Below, piece after piece: positions 19,265 to 33,987 of a stretch of 64,000 nucleotides of DNA. Location: positions 51,651 through 115,650 of the forward strand of contig JBLMXQ010000133.1 in assembly GCA_050257855.1 (NCBI GenBank), in the 5' to 3' direction. Each line of letters opens with the position of its first letter. The stretch's first letter is position 1. Position numbers and translations under genes: made by a program. The notes below the pieces were generated by a model. The model made no database searches, had not been told where the DNA came from, and saw nothing but the letters and a program-made list of their open reading frames with translations. The DNA comes from Betaproteobacteria bacterium. GTDB lineage: Bacteria > Acidobacteriota > Vicinamibacteria > Vicinamibacterales > CAVVIG01.

Positions 19265-20695
19265 ATGGATCTTTCGCTGCTGACCCGCCGGTCCGACACC
19301 GAATGGTGGATCGAGCCGCGTCCGCCGATGCGCGTTCCCGGGATCATCTACGCCAGTGAAGGTCTCGTGAAGGAGATGGACGCGAAGGTCTACGAGCAAG
19401 TGGCGAACGTGGCGGCGCTGCCCGGCATCGAACGGGCCTCGTACGCGATGCCGGACGCGCACTGGGGCTACGGGTTCCCCATCGGCGGGGTTGCGGCCTT
19501 CGACGCCGACCGCGGCGGCGTCGTCTCGGCGGGCGGCGTCGGCTTCGACATCTCGTGCGGCGTCCGCCTGCTCCACACGGGCCTGACGGCGACGCAGTTC
19601 GAGCCGCTGGCGAAGCGCGCGGCCGACGAGTTGTCGCGGAGCGTGCCGGCCGGCGTCGGCAGCGTCGGACGGGTGCACCTCGATGCCGCGGAGATGGACG
19701 CCATGCTGGCCGGCGGCGCCCGGTGGGCGGTCGAACGGGGATACGGCGACGAGGCCGATCTCGAGCGGATCGAGGAGCGCGGGTGCATGAGCGGCGCGAA
19801 GGCCGACGAAGTCTCGGACCACGCGAAGAAGCGGCAGCGCGACGAGATGGGCACGCTCGGATCCGGGAACCACTACCTCGAGGTGCAGCGGGTGGTTCAG
19901 GTGTTCGACCCGAAGGTGGCCGCCGCCTTCCGCCTCCGCGAGAACGACATTGTCGTCAGCATTCATTGCGGGTCGCGTGGTCTCGGCCACCAGATCGGAA
20001 CCGAGTTCCTGAAGCGCATGGCCGTGGCCGCCTCGCAGTACGGCATCGACCTGCCCGACCGCGAGCTCGCCTGCGCGCCGATCGACTCGCCCCTCGGGCA
20101 GTCGTATCTCGGAGCGATGCGGGCCGCCATCAACTGCGCTCTCGCGAACCGCCAGATCATCACGCACCTCGTGCGCCGCGCGTTTGCCAGTCTGGCGCCG
20201 GAGGCCGGGCTGACGCTCCTGTACGACGTGTCGCACAACACCTGCAAGGTCGAGTCGCACCAGCTGGACGGTCGCCTCAAACAGCTCTTCGTCCACCGCA
20301 AGGGCGCCACGCGCGCGTTCGGTCCCGGACATCCCGATCTGCCGCCGGTGTTCGCCTCGATCGGCCAGCCGGTCCTGATCGGCGGCACGATGGGCACGGC
20401 GTCCTACGTGCTGGTCGGTGAGCGCGGCGGCCTCGAGCGGTCGTTCGGCTCGTCATGCCACGGCGCCGGCCGCAGCATGAGCCGCCACGCCGCCGTCAGG
20501 CAGTGGCGCGGGCGGGAGGTGGTCGACGACCTCGCGCGCCGCGGCATCCTCGTTCGAAGCCCCTCCTCGCGGGGCGTCGCCGAAGAGGCGCCGGGCGCCT
20601 ACAAGGACGTGACGGCCGTTGTCGATGCGGCGGAGCGGGCCGGCCTGTCGCGAAAAGTCGCGCGGCTCGAGCCGCTCGTCTGCATCAAAGGGTGA
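19265..20695 (+). CDS. rtcB: RNA 3'-phosphate/5'-OH ligase RtcB
   Basis: AMPDAHWGYGFPIGGVAAFD ... GGVGFDISCGVRL ... GSGNHYLEVQ ... IHCGSRGLGHQ ... SSCHGAGR are the conserved RtcB metal and GMP-histidine blocks. Confidence 0.93.
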   Translation: MDLSLLTRRSDTEWWIEPRPPMRVPGIIYASEGLVKEMDAKVYEQVANVAALPGIERASYAMPDAHWGYGFPIGGVAAFDADRGGVVSAGGVGFDISCGVRLLHTGLTATQFEPLAKRAADELSRSVPAGVGSVGRVHLDAAEMDAMLAGGARWAVERGYGDEADLERIEERGCMSGAKADEVSDHAKKRQRDEMGTLGSGNHYLEVQRVVQVFDPKVAAAFRLRENDIVVSIHCGSRGLGHQIGTEFLKRMAVAASQYGIDLPDRELACAPIDSPLGQSYLGAMRAAINCALANRQIITHLVRRAFASLAPEAGLTLLYDVSHNTCKVESHQLDGRLKQLFVHRKGATRAFGPGHPDLPPVFASIGQPVLIGGTMGTASYVLVGERGGLERSFGSSCHGAGRSMSRHAAVRQWRGREVVDDLARRGILVRSPSSRGVAEEAPGAYKDVTAVVDAAERAGLSRKVARLEPLVCIKG

Positions 20696-20699
20696 CGCG

Positions 20700-21416
20700 A
20701 TGCTGATCTTCGTGCTGATCGGCTTCGGCATCGTGGCGCTGGCCCATACCATGCCGGCCCCGTTCGCGCTCGACGCCATGGCCGGCGATCGCGCGGTCTG
20801 GCACATGCCGCGGGACGGCTCGCCGACCGTGTACCTCACCTACGACGACGGACCGAATCCGTCGACGACCCCGGATTTGCTCGACGTGCTTGCCCGCGAG
20901 GGCGTGCACGCGACGTTCTTCCTGATCGATCGCCACGTCACCGACGAGACCGCTCCCATCGTCAGAAGGATGTTCGACGAAGGGCATGCCGTGGCGCTGC
21001 ACTCGGCGAGCCGGGCCCTGCTGTTGAAGTCACCATCGGAGCTGGCACGCACACTGACCGCCGCGGCCGACCGCATCGAGGCGATGGCGGGAGGCCGCCC
21101 GTGCCGCGCGTTCCGGCCGCATGGCGGGTGGCGCAGCGGCCAGATGTACGCGGCGCTGCGGCGGATCGACTACCGGCTGGTCGGCTGGGGCTGGATGCTG
21201 TGGGACGTCGACTGGTTCCGGCCGCGCACGGCGGACCGCATCGTCGCGCGCATCGCGCCGCGCGTGTCGGCGGGCGACATCGTCGTCATGCACGACGGCG
21301 ACGAATCCGCTCCGCGAGCGGAGCAGCGGCAGACGGTGGACGCGACGCTGCGGCTCGTCCGCACGCTTCGCACCCGCGGGTTTGAATTCGGCACCGTCTG
21401 TCGGAATGGCGGCTAA
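20700..21416 (+). CDS. Polysaccharide deacetylase (NodB homology domain) with N-terminal TM helix
   Basis: ATG 20700 lies 4 nt after the rtcB stop. VYLTYDDGP ... HATFFLI ... HAVALHS ... IVVMHDG. Confidence 0.8.
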   Translation: MLIFVLIGFGIVALAHTMPAPFALDAMAGDRAVWHMPRDGSPTVYLTYDDGPNPSTTPDLLDVLAREGVHATFFLIDRHVTDETAPIVRRMFDEGHAVALHSASRALLLKSPSELARTLTAAADRIEAMAGGRPCRAFRPHGGWRSGQMYAALRRIDYRLVGWGWMLWDVDWFRPRTADRIVARIAPRVSAGDIVVMHDGDESAPRAEQRQTVDATLRLVRTLRTRGFEFGTVCRNGG

Positions 21417-21485
21417 ACCGACCGGAAAACCGGCTCGTCCGCACACCTTGATTGCGGCTTCCCGTCAGGTGCCGCCGTGCGGCGC

Positions 21486-21500
21486 TGGAACCATGATTGC
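21486..21500 (+). promoter_or_regulatory. Weak sigma-54-type element (TGGAAC-N5-TTGC) upstream of the sigma-factor gene
   Basis: GG and GC are correctly spaced, and the -12 C lies 25 nt before ATG 21525. There is one mismatch in the -24 box. Confidence 0.3.
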
Positions 21501-21524
21501 GTACGCTGCTCGAGAGGGCCTGCC

Positions 21525-23093
21525 ATGACACGCTCTGACGACAGCAGCGCGACGCGATTGACCCTCGAAGGCGAACTGGAGCGGCTCCTCGAGCTCCACG
21601 GCACGCGCCCGTCCGCCGATCCGCCTTCGCCGGCGCCGTCCGATCCACCAGCGGAATTCGTGGCGGCAGCGGACGACAACGAGGCGCCCCGCCAGGGTGC
21701 GTGGCGCGAATGGGAGAGCCCTGCGGAGGAAGAGGCGGTGCACGAAGAGGCACGTGCCGCCGACCTCGAGCCGATCCGCACATACCTGAACGAGATGGCG
21801 CGCGTACCGCTGCTCACGCGCGATCAGGAAGTCGAGATCGGCCGGCGTATCGAGACCGCTCAGAGAAACCTCTTCGGTGTGCTGGCGACGATTCCCTTCG
21901 CGGTGCGACGGCTCGTCCGGCTGGCCGATCGCATCGGACGGCAGGAAGCGGCGTTCGAGGAGCTAATCGTGTTCCCCGAGGGGCGTGAGGTGGACGTCGC
22001 GGAAGCGCTCGCCATTCTGCGCGCCTTTGGCCGCGTGGACCGGCTCGCGCACGAGCTGGACGATCTCCGGCGGAAGGTGCACGACCGTCGTCTGGCAGCG
22101 TCGACGCGGGCGACCTGCAAACGCCGGATTGCGCGCGCCGAGCGCGACCTGCACACCCTGCTGCTGGCACAGCACGTCAAGCCGGCGGTCCTCGACACGC
22201 TGGTGGACGAACTCCGGCCGCTCGCTGCCGCGCTGGACGCCGTGGATCAGGAGCGGGACTCGTCGGCCCGCCGCGCGCGGGTCAAGGCGCTCGAGGCGCA
22301 GATCGGCCTTGCGCGGAAGGATTTCGAGGAGGCGTTCGCCCGCGCGCTCGAGCACGACGAGGACATCCGCCGCGCGAAGAGGACGCTCATCGAGGCCAAC
22401 CTCCGGCTCGTCGTCTCGATCGCGAAGCGGTACACGGGCCGGGGCCTGTCGCTGCTGGATCTCGTCCAGGAAGGCAATCTGGGCCTCATGAAGAGCGTCG
22501 AGCGCTTCCAGTACCGGCGCGGGTTCAAGTTCTCTACCTACGCTACGTGGTGGATCCGGCAGGCCGTCACGCGTGCCATCGCCGACCTCGGGCGGACGAT
22601 CCGCCTGCCCGTTCACGCCGCCGACGCGCTGTCTCAGATCGACAAGGCGCGACGTGCGCTGCGTGACGAGCTCCGCCGGGAGCCGACGGTCCGGGAAGTG
22701 GCCGACCGTGCGGATATCGTGCCCGACAAGGTGGAGTTCCTGCTGCGCGCGCGGGCCGAGCCGTACTCGCTCGACATGCCGGTCGGCGAGGAGACCCCGC
22801 TCGCCGACTTCCTGACGCTCGAAGGCCCCTCGCCCGAGGAGCTGACGCTCGGCCGCGATCTGCAGACGCGCATCCGCGGCTATCTCGGGAAGCTGTCCGA
22901 TCGCGAGCGCGACATCATCAAGTTGCGGTACGGCATCGGCACCGGCCGCGAGCACTCGCTCGAAGAGATCAGCCGCCGGTACGCGCTCAGCCGCGAGCGC
23001 ATCCGCCAGATCGAGACGTCGGCGATGAGGAAGCTGCGGACTTCCTGGACCGTCTTCGGCGTCCGTCCGGGCCATCAGCGCAGGACAGGATAG
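21525..23093 (+). CDS. Sigma-70 family RNA polymerase sigma factor, RpoD-like (group 1/2)
   Basis: [27 protein letters not shown] ... [16 protein letters not shown] ... [43 protein letters not shown] ... [18 protein letters not shown]. Confidence 0.88.
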   Translation: MTRSDDSSATRLTLEGELERLLELHGTRPSADPPSPAPSDPPAEFVAAADDNEAPRQGAWREWESPAEEEAVHEEARAADLEPIRTYLNEMARVPLLTRDQEVEIGRRIETAQRNLFGVLATIPFAVRRLVRLADRIGRQEAAFEELIVFPEGREVDVAEALAILRAFGRVDRLAHELDDLRRKVHDRRLAASTRATCKRRIARAERDLHTLLLAQHVKPAVLDTLVDELRPLAAALDAVDQERDSSARRARVKALEAQIGLARKDFEEAFARALEHDEDIRRAKRTLIEANLRLVVSIAKRYTGRGLSLLDLVQEGNLGLMKSVERFQYRRGFKFSTYATWWIRQAVTRAIADLGRTIRLPVHAADALSQIDKARRALRDELRREPTVREVADRADIVPDKVEFLLRARAEPYSLDMPVGEETPLADFLTLEGPSPEELTLGRDLQTRIRGYLGKLSDRERDIIKLRYGIGTGREHSLEEISRRYALSRERIRQIETSAMRKLRTSWTVFGVRPGHQRRTG

Positions 23094-23183
23094 CGGCAGC
23101 TCCGCCTGGCGGCTTCCCGGCGTCGCGCCGGAAACTCGTCGCCCCCGCCGGTCCCTGGGTGCCTCTGGCCGATCTGCGCCAGG

Positions 23184-23843
23184 CTAGCCGCGCACCGGCG
23201 CCGGCGACGATTTCGGTGGGACGGGGCGGCGACCTCGCCGCGGGTGCAGGACCCTGACCGTGCTCGCCTGCGGTCCTTTTTCGCCGGGCTCCTCCACGAA
23301 CGACACGGGGGCGCCCACCGTCAGGCGATCGAACGCATCCCTCAGGACGCTGCTCTTCTGAAAGTACACCTCGTGCCCGTCCTCCGCCTCGATGTAGCCG
23401 TACTCGTCCACCGGAAACAGCCGGACGATGCGGCCTTGCGGCTGGCGTTCAAGCGTCTTCACCGCGCCGCGCTGCCGGCGTGCGGCGTCCTGGAGACGTC
23501 GCCGCGCGGCGTCGAACGCCTCGCGCACGGCCACGTAGGCATGCTTTCGCTCCGGGTCGACTTCGTCCTCTTTCGCGCTCTTCGTCGCTTCGACATCCCG
23601 GGCGGTGGCGTGCAGTCCGGCCTCGCGGGTAATGACGATCTCTTCACCCGGTATGGTGAGATCGATCCTCACGTGGTACCGGTTGCCGGCCTCGTGATGG
23701 CGATGGGCGAGCTCTACCAGCACGCGGCAGCCCATGATGGAGGGATAGTAGGTTTCCAGCCGCGCCATGTGCGCGCGGATGTCTGCCTCGAGCGCCGCCG
23801 AAGGCGCGAGACCGCGGAATGTGATGCCTGGCGTGACCTGCAT
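23184..23843 (-). CDS. HPF/RaiA-like ribosome-associated domain fused to a cold-shock-like (CSD/OB) domain
   Basis: The start is taken at MQVTPGITFRG. The N-terminus matches the HPF/YfiA pattern (ADIRAHMARLETYYPSIMGCRVLVE...YHVRIDLTIPGEEIV). The C-terminus is GRIVRLFPVDEYGYIEAEDGHEVYFQKSSV...GAPVSFVEEPGEKGPQA. Confidence 0.65.
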   Translation of the reverse strand: MQVTPGITFRGLAPSAALEADIRAHMARLETYYPSIMGCRVLVELAHRHHEAGNRYHVRIDLTIPGEEIVITREAGLHATARDVEATKSAKEDEVDPERKHAYVAVREAFDAARRRLQDAARRQRGAVKTLERQPQGRIVRLFPVDEYGYIEAEDGHEVYFQKSSVLRDAFDRLTVGAPVSFVEEPGEKGPQASTVRVLHPRRGRRPVPPKSSPAPVRG

Positions 23844-23929
23844 GATCGCAACCTTTCCTGTCCACCTGTCCGGCCCGCGAACGTCGCGAGGCCGGCGCAC
23901 GGCGCTGTTCGCGCACGCCCTGGGAAATT

Positions 23930-23945
23930 TGCAAACGATGCACCA
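23930..23945 (-). promoter_or_regulatory. Weak sigma-54-type element on the minus strand (TGGTGC-N5-TTGCA) upstream of the HPF-CSD gene
   Basis: The reverse complement of tgcaaacgatgcacca has correct GG/GC spacing but two mismatches in the -24 box. It lies about 77 nt from the start codon. Confidence 0.25.
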
Positions 23946-24055
23946 CGCTGGCCCTGGCGTTCAGGCAGGCGGACGATCGCCGGCCCGCCGCCTGCGACGA
24001 ATTTCCGGCAGGGCGGCGTGCCGTTAGGACCGACATGCGGAGCGCGATTTCCGTC

Positions 24056-24070
24056 TGGCACTGCAGTTGC
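24056..24070 (+). promoter_or_regulatory. Sigma-54 promoter (TGGCAC-tgcag-TTGC), full consensus
   Basis: Exact TGGCAC-N5-TTGC. The -12 C lies 32 nt before ATG 24102, and GGGAGG (24091-24096) lies in between. Confidence 0.65.
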
Positions 24071-24101
24071 GAATCAGGAACATGGGATCCGGGAGGTCAA
24101 C

Positions 24102-24560
24102 ATGATTGTCAAGGAGCTGATGAACACGCGCGTGGCGACCTGTCCGGCCGACGGCGATCTTGCCTCGGCTGTCGCCACGATGCACGATCGGGGCTGTGGC
24201 TTCCTGCCGGTGGTCGACGCGAATGCCACCCTCGTGGGAGTCGTCACCGACCGGGACATCTGCATGGCGGTCGGGATCAGCCACCGGGCGCTCGATCGCA
24301 TTTCGGTCAAAGAGGCGATGTCTCACCCGGTGTTCTCGTGCGTGGCGGACGAGAACGTCAAGACCGCGCTCGTGACCATGGCGAACCACCACGTCAGGCG
24401 GCTGCCGGTCATCAACCGGAGCGGCCATCTCGAAGGAGTACTGTCATTCGACGACGTCGTCCAGGCTCCGCACCGGCGCGGATCTCCCACTGCCGACGAC
24501 ATCGTGGACGCGCTGAGGCGCATCTGCAGTCGCAGGCCGATCGAGGCTGTCACGGCGTAG
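24102..24560 (+). CDS. CBS-pair domain protein
   Basis: Two CBS repeats: VKELMNTRVATCPADGDLASAVATMHDRGCGFLPVVD...LVGVVTDRDI and VKEAMSHPVFSCVADENVKTALVTMANHHVRRLPVIN...LEGVLSFDDV. Confidence 0.85.
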   Translation: MIVKELMNTRVATCPADGDLASAVATMHDRGCGFLPVVDANATLVGVVTDRDICMAVGISHRALDRISVKEAMSHPVFSCVADENVKTALVTMANHHVRRLPVINRSGHLEGVLSFDDVVQAPHRRGSPTADDIVDALRRICSRRPIEAVTA

Positions 24561-24569
24561 GCGATGCGG

Positions 24570-24857
24570 CTATGCCCGGGGCGCCGCGCGCTCCCGGCTC
24601 TCGCGGGTGCCGGATGGCAGCTTCGAGGCCAGGTACGCGACGGCGCCGTCGAGCGTGTACAGGCGGGCGTAGTCGGCTTCTGGGATGTCCACGCCGAGCC
24701 GCTCGTGCAGCGCGACAACGAAATTGAGGAAGTCCATCGAGTCGAGATCGAGCTGCTCGCGGAGCATCGTCCCGGCCTCAATCGACGCTGGCTCCACCTC
24801 GGGCGCTATCCGCGTGAGCGCCTCGAGGACCACGCTCCTGATCTCGTCCGCCGTCAT
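24570..24857 (-). CDS. Acyl/peptidyl carrier protein (ACP-like, 95 aa)
   Basis: LREQLDLDSMDFLNFVVALHERLGVDIPEADY is a DSx phosphopantetheine-serine helix-II pattern. The ATG overlaps the E2 stop (ATGA at 24854-24857). Confidence 0.75.
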   Translation of the reverse strand: MTADEIRSVVLEALTRIAPEVEPASIEAGTMLREQLDLDSMDFLNFVVALHERLGVDIPEADYARLYTLDGAVAYLASKLPSGTRESRERAAPRA

Positions 24858-26020
24858 AGCCGCTCCGGCTTCTGCAGCCAGCCGTCGACGGCCGTGAGAA
24901 ACGTGCCGCCGCGGTGGCCGTCGCTCGCCCGATGGTCGGCCGAGAGCGTCGCCGTCAGCAGCGGCCGCGCCTCGATGCCGCGCGGTCCGGCCCAGGGACG
25001 CGCCGAGATCTTCCCGAACCCGACGATCGCGACCTGTGGCGGGTAGATGATGCCGAACGCCGCCTCGACGCCCTGATCGCCGAGGTTCGTCACCGTGATC
25101 GTCGGATCCGAGAGCTCCGAGCTTCGGAGCGATCCGGCGCGCGCGCGGCTGACGAGATCGTGCAGCTTCCGCATCAGCGTCGTCAGATCCAGCGTGTTCG
25201 CGTCGTGCAACGCGGGCGCGACCAGGCCGCCGCCGCGAAGGGAGATGGCGCATCCGACGTGGATGCCGGCGCCCTTGCGGAACGCGCCGTCGATCCAGTA
25301 GCCGTTCAAATCGGGCACGTCACGCAGCGCCAGCGCGACCGATTTGATCAGCAGGGCTGTCGGGAGAAGACGATCGGCCATCGGCCGCTTCTCGTTCTCG
25401 GCGCGTAGCCAGGCGAGCGCCACGCTCATGTCGACCGTCGTCGACAGGTAGTAGTGCGGGATCTCACGTTTCGACCGCGCCATGGCGGCTGCGATTGCGG
25501 TCCGCATCTGAGCGGCGCGATCGGGTGCCGCCGGGGCCCGGCCCGGCGGCGTCCGCGATGCCGCAGCGGCTCGCTCGACGTCCGCGCTCGTGATCGCGCT
25601 CTGCGTGCCCGTGCCCGCCACCTGCGCCAGATCGACGCCGCGCTCCGCCGCGATCCGGCGCGCGAGCGGCGAGACGCGCACGCGGCCGCCCTCGGGCGGC
25701 CCCGCGACCATGGGCTCCGGGCCCGCGACCGTCGGCTGTGGCCCCGCGACCGTCGGCGGCGATGGAGCGGCGGGTTCCCGCGACTCCGGACCCCGGATCA
25801 CGGCCAGCACGGCTCCGACCGGCACTTTCTCGCCCGGCTGAACGACGGTGTGATCGAGCACGCCATCCTCGAACACTTCGATCTCGATGGCGCCCTTCTG
25901 AGTGTCGACGACGGCGATGATGTCGCCCCGCGCGAGGCGGTCGCCGGGCTGCTTCAGCCATTGGACCAGCGTGCCGGCTTCCATGTCCGCACCGAGCGCC
26001 GGCATCCGGAATTCACTCAT
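24854..26020 (-). CDS. 2-oxoacid dehydrogenase E2 (dihydrolipoamide acyltransferase): lipoyl + PSBD + catalytic domains
   Basis: Lipoyl domain ...[27 protein letters not shown]-repeat linker. [27 protein letters not shown]. Catalytic ...[18 protein letters not shown]. Confidence 0.9.
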   Translation of the reverse strand: MSEFRMPALGADMEAGTLVQWLKQPGDRLARGDIIAVVDTQKGAIEIEVFEDGVLDHTVVQPGEKVPVGAVLAVIRGPESREPAAPSPPTVAGPQPTVAGPEPMVAGPPEGGRVRVSPLARRIAAERGVDLAQVAGTGTQSAITSADVERAAAASRTPPGRAPAAPDRAAQMRTAIAAAMARSKREIPHYYLSTTVDMSVALAWLRAENEKRPMADRLLPTALLIKSVALALRDVPDLNGYWIDGAFRKGAGIHVGCAISLRGGGLVAPALHDANTLDLTTLMRKLHDLVSRARAGSLRSSELSDPTITVTNLGDQGVEAAFGIIYPPQVAIVGFGKISARPWAGPRGIEARPLLTATLSADHRASDGHRGGTFLTAVDGWLQKPERL

Positions 26021-26992
26021 GGCGACCCGCCACTTCGCGCGCCGCCGCTGCGATCGTCGCGGGCTGGGGGAGTGCGGCCTCCTCGAGATGCCGGGGATAC
26101 GGGATTGGCACCTCGGCGCTGCAGACGCGGGCGATCGGCGCGTCGAGGTCGTAGAATGCCTGTTCCACGAGGCGAGCGACGATCTCCGCCGACAGGCTGC
26201 CGCTCTTCCAGCCTTCGTCGATCACGACCGCACGGTGCGTCTTCCGGACCGAGGCCGCCACCGTCGGCATGTCGAGCGGACGCAGGCAGCGGAGGTCGAT
26301 CACCTCCGCGTCGATGCCGTCCGCGGCGAGGCTCTCGGCCGCCTGAAGCGTCTTGCCGAGCGTGCCGCCGTAGGTGACCAGCGTCACGTGTCGGCCCTCC
26401 CGCCGCACGGCCGCGCGATCGATGTCCACCGGGCCCGCATCGTCAGCGAGCTGGCCCTCCACGTTGTACAGCGCCTGGTGCTCGAAGATCAGAACCGGGT
26501 CGGGGTCTTCGAGCGCCGTCCACAGCATGCCGCGCGCATCCTCGAGGGTGGCGGGCGCGAGGATCCGGAGTCCGGGGATGTGCGCGTACCAGCCTTCCAG
26601 GCTGTGCGCGTGCTGTGCGGCGAGCTGCCGTCCGGCGCCGGTGGCCATGCGGATGACGAGCGGGATGTTGAACTGCCCGCCCGACATGTGGCGGATGGTC
26701 GCCGCATTGTTGACGATCTGATCGAGCGCCAGGAAGCTGAAGTTGACCGTCATCACCTCGACGATCGGCCGCATGCCGCCGAGCGCCGCGCCGATGCCGG
26801 CGCCGACGAACGTCGATTCCGAGAGCGGCGTGTCGCGGATGCGCTCGGGGCCGAACTCGGCGAGCAACCCCTTGCTCACAGCGTAGGTTCCACCGTACTT
26901 GCCCACGTCCTCGCCCATCAGGAACACGCGCGCGTCCTTCGCGAGCGCCTCCCGATGGGCGGCGCGCACGGCCTCGCGATACGTGGTCGTGG

Positions 26993-26996
<4 letters not shown>
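26013..26996 (-). CDS. 2-oxoacid (pyruvate/acetoin-type) dehydrogenase E1 beta subunit
   Basis: GTG 26996 ([10 protein letters not shown]). [20 protein letters not shown] ... [29 protein letters not shown] ... It overlaps the E1alpha stop and the E2 start. Confidence 0.9.
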
Positions 26997-32122
<5,126 letters not shown>

Positions 32123-32131
32123 GAGATCGCC

Positions 32132-33847
32132 ATGGAGAACATCGAAATCGCCAGGACGTTCGACGAGGTCGCCGACCTGCTCGAGATCCAGGGCGCCAAT
32201 CCGTTTCGCGTGCGCGCGTATCGGAACGCGGCGCGAACGGTCGGGACGCTCGGAACGCCGGTCGCGACGATCCTCGAGAACGACGGCCACGCGCTCGAGG
32301 AGCTCCCCGGCATCGGGGCCGACCTCGCCGGCAAGATCGAGAAGATGTGCCGGACGGGCGATCTGCCGCTGCTGTCGCAGCTCACGCGCAAGACCCCCGA
32401 GGGCGTCGTAGCCATGCTGCGTATTCCGGGCGTCGGCCCCAAGCGCGCGATGCTGATCTACCGCAAGCTCGGCGTGAAGACGCTGCCGCAGCTCGAGAAG
32501 GCCGCGCGCGCCGGCCGCCTCGCGCGCGTCCGCGGTCTGGGCAAGGCACTCGAGCGCAGCATCCTGCGCGGCATCGCTCAGGACAAGGCGCACGTCGCAC
32601 GGATGCCGCTGGCCGAGGCCGAGGCATTCATCCGGCCGCTCATCGCGATGCTGCAGGCGGCGCCGGGCGTGAAGCAGCTCAGCGTCGCGGGCAGCCTCAG
32701 GCGCCGGCGCGAGACGGTCGGCGACGTCGACCTCCTGGCCGCGTCGGCCGACGCCTCCCCCGTCGCCGACGTGTTTCTCGCGTACGCGGATGTGAAGCAG
32801 GTGCTCGCGCGTGGCGGCACGAAGTGCTCGGTCGTCCTTCGCTCGGGGCTCCAGGTCGACCTGCGGATCGTGCCGGAGGCCTCCTACGGCGCCGCGCTCC
32901 ATTACTTCACCGGCTCGAAGGCGCACAACATCGCGATCCGTCTGCTTGGCGTGAAGGGACACCTGAAGATCAACGAGTACGGCGTGTTCCGCGGCACGCG
33001 GCGCGTGGGCGGCCGCCTCGAGACCGAGGTGTTCGAAGCCGTCGGCCTGCCGTGGATTCCGCCCGAGTTGCGCGAGAACCAGGGCGAGATCGAGGCCGCG
33101 CGCGAAGGCCGGCTTCCACGCCTCGTCGAGATCGGACAGATCCGCGGCGATCTGCAGATGCATACCGACGCGACCGACGGGAAGAACACGCTGGCCGAGA
33201 TGGTCGCCGCAGCGCGCACCCGGGGCTACGAGTACGTAGCGATCACAGATCACACGAAGGCGGTCCGTGTGGCGGGCGGCATGTCGAAGGCGGGGTTCCA
33301 CAGGCAGTCGCGCGCCATCGACGCGCTTCGGAAGCGGGCGTCCAGCCCTGTCGTCCTCAAGGGCGCCGAGGTCGACATCCTCGAGGATGGCTCGCTCGAT
33401 CTGGACGACGACACGCTGGCCGAATTCGACGTCGTGATTGCCGCGGTCCACTCGCGCTTCAACATGACGAAGTCGGCGATGACGCGGCGCATCGTCCGGG
33501 CCCTGCGGCATCCGCGCGTCCACGTCCTCGGCCATCCCACCGGCCGCCTTCTCGGACGGCGCGAGCCGTATCCGATCGACATGGGGGAGATCATCAAGGT
33601 CGCGCGCGACCACGGCGTCCTGCTCGAGATCAACGCCCAGCCGGACCGGCTCGATCTGAACGACCTTCACATTCAGATGGCGCGGGAGGCAGGGGTGAAG
33701 CTGGTCGTGAACACGGACGCGCACCGGATTCAGGAGCTCGATTACATGCGGTACGGCGTCGACCAGGCGCGGCGCGGCTGGTGCGAAGCCAGCGACATCG
33801 CGAACACCTGCCGCGCGGACGCCCTGCGAAAACTGATCGCGAAGTGA
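32132..33847 (+). CDS. polX: Family X DNA polymerase with C-terminal PHP domain (PolX)
   Basis: N-terminal HhH (GANPFRVRAYRNAAR). Palm GSLRRRRETVGDVDLL. PHP: DLQMHTDATDG ... YVAITDHT ... HVLGHPTGR ... LEINAQPDRLD. It starts 9 nt after the ligA stop. Confidence 0.92.
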   Translation: MENIEIARTFDEVADLLEIQGANPFRVRAYRNAARTVGTLGTPVATILENDGHALEELPGIGADLAGKIEKMCRTGDLPLLSQLTRKTPEGVVAMLRIPGVGPKRAMLIYRKLGVKTLPQLEKAARAGRLARVRGLGKALERSILRGIAQDKAHVARMPLAEAEAFIRPLIAMLQAAPGVKQLSVAGSLRRRRETVGDVDLLAASADASPVADVFLAYADVKQVLARGGTKCSVVLRSGLQVDLRIVPEASYGAALHYFTGSKAHNIAIRLLGVKGHLKINEYGVFRGTRRVGGRLETEVFEAVGLPWIPPELRENQGEIEAAREGRLPRLVEIGQIRGDLQMHTDATDGKNTLAEMVAAARTRGYEYVAITDHTKAVRVAGGMSKAGFHRQSRAIDALRKRASSPVVLKGAEVDILEDGSLDLDDDTLAEFDVVIAAVHSRFNMTKSAMTRRIVRALRHPRVHVLGHPTGRLLGRREPYPIDMGEIIKVARDHGVLLEINAQPDRLDLNDLHIQMAREAGVKLVVNTDAHRIQELDYMRYGVDQARRGWCEASDIANTCRADALRKLIAK

Positions 33848-33860
33848 GCACGCCAAAATA

Positions 33861-33878
33861 TTGACGGCTTTCCGTCAA
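33861..33878 (+). terminator. Perfect hairpin TTGACGG-cttt-CCGTCAA just after the polX stop
   Basis: 7-bp stem with a 4-nt loop, 14 nt downstream of the stop, inside an AT-richer patch (ccaaaatatt). There is no U-tract, so it could equally be an operator. Confidence 0.35.
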
Positions 33879-33935
33879 GCTTGGCGACAACTCGTCAGCA
33901 AGGGCGTTCTTTGCCCATGATCATCGGCGGCCGGG

Positions 33936-33950
33936 CGGCACGTGGCTTGC
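33936..33950 (+). promoter_or_regulatory. Sigma-54-type promoter (cGGCAC-gtggc-TTGC) upstream of the tandem USP gene
   Basis: GGCAC-N5-TTGC. The -12 C lies 38 nt before ATG 33988, with GGGGAGG in between. Confidence 0.55.
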
Positions 33951-33987
33951 GCTCCTATTGCCTGACGGGGGGCGTGGGGAGGTTGTC

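Noticed and set aside
25716-25775. Tandem 18-bp repeats inside the E2 gene, encoding [20 protein letters not shown].
   Set aside because: This is an ordinary Pro/Ala-rich inter-domain linker of E2 proteins, not an independent repeat element.
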